64,000 nucleotides of DNA from NCBI GenBank assembly GCA_002269645.1, contig NIVC01000293.1, positions 248,001 to 312,000 of the forward strand, written 5' to 3'. The notes below the pieces were generated by a model. It made no database searches. It was given only the letters and a program-made list of their open reading frames with translations, and was not told where the DNA came from. The stretch's first letter is position 1. The number at the start of each line of letters is the position of its first letter. Source of the stretch: Macrostomum lignano (lineage: Eukaryota). The translations under genes and the position numbers were made by a program. Below are positions 37,453 to 49,275 of the stretch, piece after piece.

Positions 37453-38609
37453 GCTTATCTACTAGTCCAATTCTCTTCTGAAGAAGTAGATACAATTTGT
37501 GAATCTTGGATAGAGACGCATGACTCTAGTAATGAGAGAACATCTGTTGACTCTTCAGTTAAGGTTGCTTTTCCTCTAAAAAAAGACTACCATCATATCC
37601 GAAGCTTTCTTGCCAATAAAGTGCCTCCAAAGTCATATTGGCAATCTTTTATTGTAACTTTTTAGCTAAAAATGATAGTCTTCAACTTCTTAGAGCTAAG
37701 GCAGCCAAGTTTGAAGCTAGAGGCTCATTAACAACTGATGATGAAAGTGTCCCTCGCCGAAGAATCCAAAACCATAGATTTGGTATTGATGATGAAATTG
37801 AAAATAGCCCTTTGGCAAAGACTAATCAATCTAAGCAACCTAAGCAAAAAAATGAGCAAAGAAAGGAAGTGTTTGATCCACGACCAAGATTGTCTAGTCC
37901 AGTCACTATTCTGGCAGATCATGAAGAGTCTAATGAAGAACCATTTACACTAGCTAAATCTACAACAAATGAGCAGGTCTATGAACAATTTCCTAGTCCT
38001 ACAAGCAATGCAACTAAGAGTGCTGATGGTCAGCAAGCTACATTAACTACCCAATCTACTCCTAGTGTTGCTAAATAAGGAGTCTTATTAACCGAGCATC
38101 AATTGTCAGAGCTGTTCATTTCACTGTCTAGAATTGAGTCTAATCAACAGAAAATTCTAGAGCTACTTTCTAAGCAAGCAAGTATCAATCCTGAGTTGTC
38201 AGAACAAGACCATGAGACAATACTAAAACTGCCTGTGACATCTGATAAAGATCTTCATGCCTTGCTAGTAGACTCAACTATTCCTACAAAAAGGCTAGTA
38301 AACCATCTGGCCTTTTATTCAAGAGTTTCTAAGGATAATAGCATATCAGCTGAAGATGTTTTTCATGTCCTGAAAAGCATTGCCACTTCTAGTGTTTGGT
38401 CTAACTATAATAAACTTGGACAGCGTGGCAAAAAAAGTGCACTGTCTGCATTTCCTATGCTAACAAAGATTATCCTTGATGCACTTGCTCAGGCCAAAGG
38501 CAGGACATTTGACAAGCCAAAGTACTTTGAAGCTGTAAATGATACTCTTGGTGATGCACTAAAGCGAATGCCTGCTGCAAGCCAACTACATTCTAAGCGT
38601 GCTGAGTGA
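37453..38609 (+). pseudogene. CACTA/EnSpm accessory gene (DUF4806-like), disrupted
   Basis: ILFEEVDTICESW...KVPPKSYW...AKFEARGSLTTDDES is followed by a helical domain with WSNYNKLGQRGKKS. It lies directly upstream of a CACTA transposase. Confidence 0.55.
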
Positions 38610-39411
38610 CAAATGACTGGAGCAACTACACGTGCAAAAGGGCAAGCTAGTGTTGCAGCTGATGCTTTTGATGAATCAAATTAAGGCTTGACTTTAGAAG
38701 TTTGTGCCATTTTAAGTGACAGCTAGTGTTTTCATTTAAATTCTTATTTTTGCACTATTTTTGCTTTTATCATTTTATTCACTAAACAATTTTACTAAAT
38801 GCTACTTTGTTTAAATATAGGCATTAATATTTTATTCTTTTTTATTTGTAGCTGATAGAGTTATACTATAGTAATATAAATATCTTATTAAAGAATATTA
38901 TACTATACATGCATATAGTATAGTTATATGTTATGTATCATGTGACCAATATTTAAAATAGAATTTTTGAGTCCTGTGCTAGCCTAACGAGTAAAATTAC
39001 TATAGTATAACTCATAATTAAAATAAAATTAGTATAACTTTGAGTTCTGTCTTGAATAATTTCCTTTTACCCTGGCATTTTTTGTTGTCCAATGCTTAAT
39101 ATATTCACCAAAGTTAAACTTAAATTATTTTTTTGCAAAATTCTGCAATATAAAGTAATTTAGCTTGCATAAAAATGTTGTTTAAATGTTAAACATGGAT
39201 AGGGGTATATCTGAGTAATAATTTACAATCCAATACAATATGTAAGAACCATTTATATCGGCTTTCAAATTGATTCGAATTTTAGCTCTCAATCAACTTT
39301 AGTTACATTGATTGTCTGTTTGTTTTAGGTGTAATGTACTTCAGATTTAAGTTAGATAAAGAAAAATTTTATTATACTTTAGTTTTTTAAGCAAGTCATC
39401 ATTTCACCGAA

Positions 39412-40584
39412 TTGTTAAATGAATTCGCTTCAAATTACAATTTCAGCCAATCAGCCTTATCGACTGCAATGTCTACTCGTAAAAAGCGGCGCAAAGTTTT
39501 GTCATCTACCAAGTCCATCCTCGCCACAAAATCAGAATCAGATTTGTCCGATTCTAGCATCGAGGAAGTTGTCAACGTTGGTTATTTGGGTGCCTCATCA
39601 AGCTCAAGCGCTAGGCAACAACCATATGTGCAACATAATTATATGTATTTTGATGAGCCGAATGTACAGCATGAAGACCAAGAAGACATTGAGTCTGTTT
39701 CTACTAGCTCGCGCTCATCCTTTTGTGAGAGTAGTGGTACTTCAAGCAACCACAGTGAAACATTCAGCGATTATGGTCCAAGTTCTCTCCGTCAAGATGT
39801 GCTCGACTACTGCTTGGAGACAAACCAGACGAGAGAAAGTGGAGACAAGTTGCTTGCATTTCTTCGGAAGTATCATCCCGAGTTGGCAAAAGACTACAGG
39901 ACACTTACAAGTGTCATAACATCATCAAATAATTATGATGAAGTCAATACAGAAACGTTCCATCATTTCGGTTTGGCATCTGGACTTCGAAGTTTATTAC
40001 AATCCAATCAGTCTTTTCTAGCTAAGAAGCAGGACAATCATGACTGGGAGTTTATCCTTGAGATAAGTATTAATGTTGACGGACTACCACTTACATCATC
40101 TGGACATTCGGCCTTTTGGGTTGTCTCTGCTAATGTAAAGGAAATAAAAAACTCAGATTTTGTTGTCTCCGCGCATTTTGGAACTTATAAGCCAGAGGAT
40201 GTAAGCTTACTTCTGTCGCCTCTCATCAACGAGTTGGATAATCTTCTCCGCGATGGATTTCATGTTAGTGAAAGTGAAGTCTACCCAGTCAAGCTGCGGT
40301 GTGTTTCGTGCGATACTCCAGCACGCGCATATGTTAAAGGAATAAAGTCGCACAACAGCTATTATGCATGTGATCGATGTTGTATTCAAGGAAATCGGGA
40401 TCAAGGAACAATGACATTTTGCCAAATTACGGGCTCAATTCCTCGAACCAATTCCTCGATTTCTGGTACGAGATTCAGTTATAGAATTTCATGCATAGGG
40501 TTTGAATCTGTGAAATGCAAAATGGTTTGCTTTCCAAAAGGTTCAACTTTTGTTTTCATTAGTATTATGAGTACTCATAAATGA
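39412..40584 (+). pseudogene. Animal CACTA/EnSpm (CMC) transposase, 3'-truncated near 40430
   Basis: SINVDGLPL, FW, G..KP and CDTPARAYVKGIKSHNSYYACDRC are present. Confidence 0.85.
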
Positions 40585-41994
40585 ACATGCTAAGCCGTAG
40601 GCTCTTTAGGATCTAACCTGCTGGCTCTTTCTGTTTTTTTACATTTCTGATGTGGCGTGTATACTCAGCAACATTAAAAAGTTGCCACCGTATGTCCCAC
40701 TGAGCCGTCTTTCGACCATGATCGTTTATCACCTGGCCAACCATTTTGATATTAAAAGTGCTTGAAAAAACAATGGAAACTGGGCGGAAGCTTCAAACCA
40801 TCCAATCTTCACCCTCCACTCTTCCCAATTCATTCTCACCCAGCGTTGCGTAAGTTGCGTCACCCAGAACTCAATACTGAGTTACAGTTTACTGCCCACT
40901 CTCAAAGGTGGCAACTTATAAATTTTGTTGAGTAAAATAATATTTATTTTATATTTCACCAGTTCCTAGCAACTACGCATTTTAAATTCATTTTCTTTTA
41001 GCATAAGATGCAGGACATTTTGGATTCCAAATTGTACGTATTAACTAAATACGCTGGATAGCTAAAGTATTACCTGTAAGCGCTTTTTATGCCATTTGGT
41101 ATAGTTTCATTAAAATTTACTTTGTGTTTTTTTAATTCTAGTGTATTTTAGTTAAACAAAATTGTAAATTATCAGTGTTAAGCAGCTTGGCACTAGTAAT
41201 AACTTTTCTGTTTGAGCATCACAAATCATGCTGTCACTCCTGAGCTAAAACCTTATATTTTATTTTGCAAGCATGATTTTTTTAAAGTTTCTGTTTCTGT
41301 ATTTCTGTATTTTTACAACTTCGTGTGTAAACCTGCTTAATTTTATTAATTTGCATGTTAATACAACATGAACATTTCTTTCAAATGCATGCATGGAGCT
41401 TTTCATTTCAGCACTCTGCTCCATGCATTAATTGAAATTTAGTTAAATATTCAGGTTTAGTTATGTAGATTACTCTTTCCATGATGAAATCCTCTCATTG
41501 CGCTCAGCTGTATCAATATATGCTACTGTATATATTTAGTGTACAATATCAAAAAATTATACATCAGTTTCACTTATTTTAGTTTCAATAATCTTTATTA
41601 AAAGTTGCTTCAACGTAAGTGTATAAATTTGTTTGTGGTCTTTTACTGCTTTGCTATTAATTATTTTATTTTTTAATGAATAAAGGGGGTTGCTGGGTCT
41701 TTGTTACCTTTTCTCGGCAGAATAGTCTATAAGATTGTTAGCTAAACAGGTATTACTGAGCTGATAGCTAGTAGATGTATATTTTATGTTGAAATTTCTT
41801 TGTCAGCTTCTAGTCCTGCTGCACGTTTATTTCGATTAGTAGTATACATTAATTGTAAGCACAGCTGGGTTTAAGGCAGTGAGTAGAATGTATGGTAATA
41901 TGAAAACAACCAGCATAATCAAACGTACATGGACTAGATATACTGTATCAAGTACGAGCAACGCGAAGGAAGCATCCTATTTAATGCATTACGA

Positions 41995-42112
41995 CTTTTC
42001 ACGAGTAAATCACGTAACAAACTCGTAAACACATCGGACACTTTTTCACGTGTTTTTCACGAGTTTTTTCACGAGTAAATCACGTAATTTTCACGTGAAA
42101 TCACGTAATTTT
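41995..42112 (+). repeat. Clustered TTTCACGAGTAAATCACGTAA repeats
   Basis: Three or more full or partial copies lie just upstream of the USP-like ORF. Confidence 0.7.
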
Positions 42113-42124
42113 GTCAAGCGGGTA

Positions 42125-43109
42125 CAGATTTGGCATCCAACAGGCATACCAAACTTCGGCGAATCCTGTTGGTTTAATGCAGGAATTCAAGCTATTGTCG
42201 CCGCTTTGAGGGCATCAGGTGTGAACGCCTGTGAACTTGTACTGAACCGGAAATGCAGCTGATCAAGACGTTGCTAACTGATCCAAGTTTGCAAGGCAAT
42301 TTTGCTGCCCAGACAATTCGAAAGCAAGCTCTGGCAGCCTTTCAAAAATATAATAACGAAGACGACATAGACAGTGCGGCTCAACAGAAATGCGCTATTG
42401 AAATGGTCGAAAATGTTATCCAACTGCCGCAAATTCAGACGTCTTTTTCATTTGAGGTAAAAATGATATTTTATATTTAATTTGTTATATACCGGCCGGG
42501 TTAGCGTTTTTCTCTGAGCCATGTATACTTTTAATAAAGGTACAACTTCCCCCAACCAAAACTTTATACTTCTAGAAAACCACGTACACAATGTGCATCG
42601 AATGCAACTGCGTGTCGTCTTATTGCTCCGCAACCAAGCACAGTCTGGCTTTGATTCCGCGCGCAAAACAATGCGGAGCAGGAGAATCTTGTCGATATCA
42701 TTCAGAATGATTTTCGGAGTTTTAAATAATCGACGATCAATCAGCGAATATTTGCTTAAACTGTGGCAGTTCGAAGTCCGTACAGGTATCGGATGCGTTC
42801 AGCACCCCTAGAATTTTATGCGCTGCTATCTATCGGGCCCAAACCAGTAGTGGCGGCAAGATTTCAAAAAACCGAGTGCCAGTTCCGATTTGCCAATCGT
42901 TTCGACTGAATGATGCGCAGATGTATCATCTAAAGGCAGTAATAGTTCACAAGGGGACTGCAGTTGCTCGAGGCCATTATGTCTGCCACGTTTTCACGTC
43001 CGATGGAGATGTTTACTTGGTAGACGATTTAAGCGTTCGCCCAGCTACAGCGGCGTTTTCGCTAGACAGCATCAGTCGGGACTCTGCCATTCTAATGTAC
43101 TCAAAATAG
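42125..43109 (+). pseudogene. Ubiquitin-specific protease (peptidase C19-like), spliced and frameshifted
   Basis: The Cys box is GIPNFGESCWFNAGIQ and the His box is YHLKAVIVHKG...GHY...YLVDD. A QQ..AIE motif and a CIEC knuckle are also present. Confidence 0.78.
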
Positions 43110-44197
43110 TCAAAATTCCTTTGAGTTTATCTTATTATATAGTCTAGATGCAAAAATTCCATAAAGAAAGACTGCTGAATTTTCGCGAATTTTCTGGTAT
43201 TGAGTGTAATGATGTACTTAGTTAATTAATTTTTTGTGGTATTTCAACATATTGAAACCATGCTGAATGCAGTGCGCGAACTTTACATCGAAAAGGAAGA
43301 CTGATTTCACTTTGAATTTATGGTACTTAAAATGATTGATAAAACACCCAAATAATTTTTAATTATTTTGTGAAGCAAAAAATAATTATAATAAATGAAC
43401 ACTCTAAATATAAATTGAAAAAGCCTTTTACAGTTACAATATAAATGCTAGTGTAGCAATTGTTATAACTAATAAAACACATTTGAGCAATCTATGCGTT
43501 CGCTTTTAAAAGACTCTCTCTACTGTAGTGTACAGGTTCCTTCAAGGTTGCATTGCGTCTATCTGCTGGCTTGCTTGACTTACCAAACAAATACTAATAA
43601 ATAAATTTACTCTTGTTTTGCCTGTGAATTCTAGGCCAATACGAAAAGCGTAATTTGTCTAATTTATATATTTTGTAGGCCCTAGGCCTAGTCGATTATG
43701 CTTGCTTTATCCTAGTTACTTTTTGAATGTAAAAATTAAAGATTTGGCCTAGGCCCTAATGGATTAGGACCTGGCCTCTAATTAATTACTTTTACTGAAT
43801 TTTATCATATTGATAAGACTTTGTTCTTACTTTTACATTAATAATGTAGGTCTGCTTATAATATGCTCTATAAATAATGTTTGTTTTTCAACTCTAATTA
43901 ATTATACTTAGGCCCTACTTAAGAGTTATAAGGTCAAGGAATCTACTGCAAGTCTAAGAAAGTCTAATTTTATCTCTTGACTCTCTTGGTCTAAAAAATG
44001 TTCATCTTCTCCAATCTTTGCAAAAAAAATAATTAAGTGGTCCTAGCCTAAGCCAAAAAACATTCACATAAAGTTAGACTTTTTTGTATTTTATTGTAAA
44101 CTTAATGTTTAAGTGTGTTTAGTAAATTAAAAATTTATAACTAATCTGTTTTGTATTATTTTTATTTCTTTTATCATTGTCTTAGATTTCATTAGAA

Positions 44198-45073
44198 ATG
44201 GAAAAGCGAAATCAAAATCGTAAAGTCCAAGAACAATTGATTCAAGATCTAACTGGGTTTTTTCTGGAGATCAACAAGCTTCTTCATTTAATCCTAATTC
44301 TAGGCCTTCTATTGAGCCTATTGCTATTAATGAAACTTTGACCTTGACTAGGCCTAGTGAAGTATCAGCTTCAATTTTGTTAGAAAGTGATAAGCAGTCA
44401 AGTATATATAAAGGAATTAATCATTCAAACAACTGTACAATTTACCAAGATTTTCAAGATGTGATTGATATCATTATCAAAGATGATATTCAAAAGGAAG
44501 AACAAGAACAAGATTCTACTGTTGAATTTGATGATCTAGTTAGTGATAGCTTACCAAGTCACAATGATTTAACAACTGAGGAAAAAGCCAATCTGGCCAT
44601 TGATCTTTTGCAATTCTACCTGATCTTCAATATCCCTGAAAAGGCTATGCTACATCTTCTTAAGCTTTTGACTAAGCATAACATTGAAGGATGTCCTACT
44701 TCAATGTACCATCTTAAAAAACCTTTGACAAAGAATTTCCAGTTTGGTAAAGTTGCTTCAGTGAAACTGTCAGCCAATAGTGGATATTCTTATTTATCTA
44801 TTGCAAGGCAATTTAAAATTTGTCATTGATGCAATCCAATCTAAAAAGTTGAGACCTATTATTCATTTTGACAATTTACAACTTCATTTTAATATTGATG
44901 GACTTCCTCCTTTTCGCTCATTTTTTGTTGGTCTCTGGACAATTTTAATGAGCATTCTAGGTGTTATTTATCCAATACCAATTGCTATTTATTGTGGACT
45001 TGGAAAGCCTAATTTGCAAGAATTTACTAGAAAATTTGTTAGTGAGCTTAAAGAACTACACTGCCGTGAGTAG
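44198..45073 (+). pseudogene. Second CACTA/EnSpm transposase fragment
   Basis: HFNIDGLPPFRS...LWTIL...IYCGLGKP...FVSELKEL is present, with frameshifts and truncation at about 45070. Confidence 0.8.
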
Positions 45074-45299
45074 AGTTCGTGCCTTGTCTGATCTGTTTGT
45101 TACCTGTTGCGATTTCGTTAGATTTCAGCGCCTATTTTCTACAGGTGGTATTCTGGCACAGGTAAATGAGCAGAAGCGTTTATTAGCTTTGTGCGAGAAA
45201 TGAGCCAGCAGCAATTGGCGTTGATGATATAATAGTAATGTAGTTATCAGTCACTCGGTATTGAGTGGGTGTTACGCGCAGCGAAAATCTAGCTTTGAC

Positions 45300-46330
45300 G
45301 TTCTACACAGCAGACATGGCAATATTGCGTTTATTTACATCACTACTAGAAAGTAGTCGCCTACCATGCAAGGTTAGATTTTTCTGTGCATAATCTTATG
45401 CCTATTGTCAACGCTAGTGCATGGTGGGCCAGGATTTTAGAAATTTATATAAGTCGTTGATAATGGAATTCCATTCCAGTGCCTAGCCTCATTAATTATG
45501 AGTGTCAAGGCGGTCTACTGTGCATGTGGTTGCTCTTGTTTAGCACAAATTCTCTTGCATTCTGCAGGCTGTGATAATTTCAGCATTATTCAGCAAACAG
45601 AATAGTGTGTTAAGCATTCGCGCCTTAGAAGGTGGGCAATCGTGAGGTAAAAATCTTTACTAGCTGTGATAATATACTGTTCGGATAGATAGGTTTATGC
45701 ACAGTAGGCAATGCAGTACTGCGGTATATAGCTTAGGAAAGATGAAATGTGTGCCAAATGATTAAATAATTGCCTCTGCTCATTAAGTATGGGCAGTATG
45801 GCGGTCTACTGTGCACTTTGTTCGCCCTTGTGTGACACACCACTATTGCGTTTTGCCTACTGATAATGTGACAGACACTATTCAAACGTTATCCAGTTAA
45901 CAAGATGCGTGTCACTCATGCGCCTTAGAAGGTGGGCGTTCGAATTTCATAATAGAATTCCCGACGATAGTGCACAGTAGGCAATGCAGTACTGCGGTGA
46001 TACGACTCTCGACTCTTTGCCTAGACTCATTAGGTTTGAGTACTATGGCGGCTTGCTATGCACGTGGTTGCCTTCAGGTGGGCAATCGATTTTATGGTTT
46101 AAATACCAGAACTTTAATGTCGGCCTTAGTTTGTGCATAGCAGGCACTGCAATATTGCGACGGCCTATGGCCTAGGTAGGAAACAAATTGCCGTGGCTCA
46201 TTAGAATGAGTTCATTGGCGGTCTGCTGTGTAGGTGGTTGCACTTGGGCAGCAGCACAGTATACTGTTGTATTCAGCATGCAGAAAAGTGTGCTGCCCAT
46301 TCGCCTTAAGCGTGCAATCGTTATTAATCT
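45300..46330 (+). repeat. Array of 4-5 diverged ~275-bp units with conserved base-pairing potential
   Basis: Arms TGCAYRGYRGGC / GTCTRCTGTGCA recur at 45418/45513, 45698/45804, 45971/46051 and 46134/46221, with compensatory and G-U changes. Confidence 0.75.
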
Positions 46331-46859
46331 ATTGGTGAATTGGCTGCGCGTAACATCGCCCGCAAAATGTGCAGTAAAGGTCCGTCAAAGTGTGAGCGGC
46401 ATCGTTTGGCATTGCTTTGATATTGCTTAAAGAAATAATAGTTTGCCTACCAAACAAAAAGGCTATTTTACTTTTGGAATATTTATGATTGATAAAATAT
46501 CCTCTTCTACCGATTAGCTATTCGATGCACGACGCTTTGAGTTTTAGACACAGTCTTTTATTTGAAAAATATTTTAAACAGCTTTAGAAATGTTTAGAAT
46601 GTTTTAAAAATTCCGAAAACTTTCCCTACAATCAGATACTTGAATACTGTTCAAATTCCATTGATACGTCCAAACTGCAAATGAAATTGTGCATTTATTA
46701 AGTGTTATGCTTAGCATTTTTTTCTGTAAAAGTCTTTCTCTCACTCTCTGTTTAATACCCTATTTTCTTAACCAGTTAGCATCTTCTTATATTAGACAAC
46801 TTTTCACATTTAGTGTACACACTTGTATGTTTTTCCAGAGTGTTTGTCTAAGTCTTTCT

Positions 46860-47075
46860 GATCGTATGTTCATCTCTTTAACAGTCTGTCTGTCTCTCTG
46901 TCTCTCTGTTTGTCTGTCTGTCTGTCTGTCTGTCGGTTTGTCTGTTTGTCTGTCTTTCTGTCTGTTCATCCGTTTAACTATCTTTCTGTTCATCTGTTTA
47001 TCTGTCTGTCAGATTGTATGTTTGTCTCTTTTTCTGTCCATCTATCCATTTATGTATCTATCTATGAACCATATG
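46860..47075 (+). repeat. (CTGT)n-like microsatellite
   Basis: Direct reading of the sequence. Confidence 0.9.
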
Positions 47076-47419
47076 TACGTCTATTTAATCTATAATATCT
47101 ATAGAAGCAGTAAGAGTTAATTAAAGCTCCATTCGACAAAAACTTTATGCAGTGACCCCTACTCTCTACTTCTTTCCTTTCTCCCCTCAGTCTTCTCTCT
47201 CTTATATCTACTGCCTGTATTTGTTTTGTTCAGGGTTCAGTACCAATCGGAAAATAAATATCACCTCCCTCTGGATATGATTTTGGCCAAATGCGTATTA
47301 GCCCTATGCCAAAGGTTAAAGTCTACGCTTAACTGATGGCTGACATGACAGGCTCCTTGTCCTTTAAATCCAAGAAAGCAAAGCAAATTTAAATTCCATT
47401 CGCCACTAAAACTCTGGCT

Positions 47420-47484
47420 CCTTCCTTCTCTCTCCTCTCTCCCTCTCTCTCTCCTCTCCCTCTCTCTCTCTCTCTCCTCTCTCC

Positions 47485-47517
<33 letters not shown>

Positions 47518-47560
47518 ACTCTCTCTCTTTCTCTCTCTTTCTCTCTCTCTCTCTCTTTCA
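47420..47560 (+). repeat. (CT)n microsatellite
   Basis: Direct reading of the sequence. Confidence 0.95.
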
Positions 47561-48195
47561 GTCTTCACTAGGCCCAGTCATGAGGTCTTTTGGCCTTAGT
47601 TCTTTGTCCATATGACAAAGTTCATATGTCTGTTTTCTGTCTTATTATATATGTACTGTTTACTGTCAGTTTGTTAGTTGGCCTGTCTATGGATTACACT
47701 ATCTTCGTAAGACAGCACAAGTTCGTTGTAAAACGTTTTTAGTTGAGTAGCGTTAAAACATTAATATTTTCCAGTAGCGCAATAGCGTTAGCGCAAACGG
47801 AGTATAATTAGGATTTTTTACAAATATTAACAAAGGTTAACAAATTAGCCTAAACAGTTTTCTAAATTAACGTAAGTAAATTGCCATATTGTGACTCCTG
47901 TCTCAGAGTGTATTCTACTTATATTAGCAGCTAAGCTTTGCTACTCTCCCTTTTGAGTACTTTTTTATTCCGTTTCTTAAAAAATACAATTTTCATTTTA
48001 ATATAATTTTATAAAATTTTGAATTCGTTCCATTTAATTTATAAAAGTTGATAAGGTAGTCAAATACCAACTCAAAGTAATGTTCGTGATTAGCCTATTG
48101 AGAATTTATACGAGCAGTGCAGTCTATGTACAGACGACACATTACAGACAGACAGTCACACAGCTAATATTAGTTGCACAACTTTCTTCTTTCAG

Positions 48196-48674
48196 ATGAT
48201 CGTCAAACTCTATTTTAATGAACAGGGAGGCGGGCGAGGCGAAGACGGGCGAGGCGGTGGCGGGCGAGGCGGAGGCGGGCGAGGCAGAGGCGGAGGCGGG
48301 CGAGGCGGAGGCGCAGGCGGAAGCGGAGGCGGAAGCGGAGGCGGAGGCGGGCAAGGCGGAGGAGGAGATGGCGGCGGAGGAGGAGATGGCGGAGGAGGAG
48401 GAGATGGTGGAGGAAGAGGAGGCGGGAAGGGTTCAGTGCAAAGTAAGTCTGAATTAGTATAAATGTGTATATACATACACGTATGTATATAAATAGCAAA
48501 AACGCTTACAATCATTTCTATATTGTAGAGAGATGCTTCGTCTGTAAGAAAATAGGGCACATTGCCCGTAACTGCTGGAATAAAAAGAAGCAGCAGACAA
48601 AGCAACCATCGCAACAGGAGCAGCAGACAACGCAACAAGAGCAGCCGCAACAGCAGCAGGAGAAGCAGGGATGA
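48196..48674 (+). CDS. Spliced Gly/RGG-rich plus CCHC zinc-knuckle plus Q-rich ORF; 5' end unknown
   Basis: Removing intron 48443-48528 (GTAAGT...TAG) joins GGRGG repeats in frame to KRCFVCKKIGHIARNCW. Confidence 0.55.
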
Positions 48675-48729
48675 CAGTTTGCGTTGTGCATTTTGACTGC
48701 ATTTGGACTGCGTATGTTAGTTTTGTGTT

Positions 48730-49275
48730 TTACTAATGGCTAAATGAAAGGGAATAGAGAAAAGAGAAAAGGAAAGAGTAGATAAAATATTAGATGAAAG
48801 AGAACATGAAAAGAGAGAATTAAAATGGATAGATTAGAGAAAAGAAAAAAGAGAATAAAGGCGAGAGAAGAGATGAGGGAATTGAGAGGAGAGAGGAGAG
48901 GGGGTAAGAGAGGTGAAAGAGGAGACAGGAGGGAGTAGAGCCGAAAAGACGAGAGAGAAGAGATAAATGAGTAGAGATGAGAAGAGGGAGATGAGAGAGA
49001 AGCGAGAGGAAAAGGGAGAGAGGAGAGGGTAGAAAGTAGAGAGATGACAGAGCAGAGAGGAGATAAAGGAGAGGAGAGAAGAGATAAAAGAGAAGAGAGG
49101 AAAAAGTAGTGAGGAGAAAGAAGAGAGTAGATATGAGAGCGCAGACAGGAGAGATAAGAGAGTAGATATGAGAGCGCAGAAAGGAGAGATAAGAGAGTAG
49201 AGATTTGAGATTTGAGATGAGATGAGAAATGATAGATAAACGAGCAGATGAGAGCAGAGAGGAGATAGGAGAGAT
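48730..49275 (+). repeat. GA-rich low-complexity tract
   Basis: Direct reading of the sequence. Confidence 0.9.

Noticed and set aside
40679-40919. AGTTGCCACC / GGTGGCAACT inverted pair as a MITE
   Set aside because: The IR is only about 11 bp and has no TSD.
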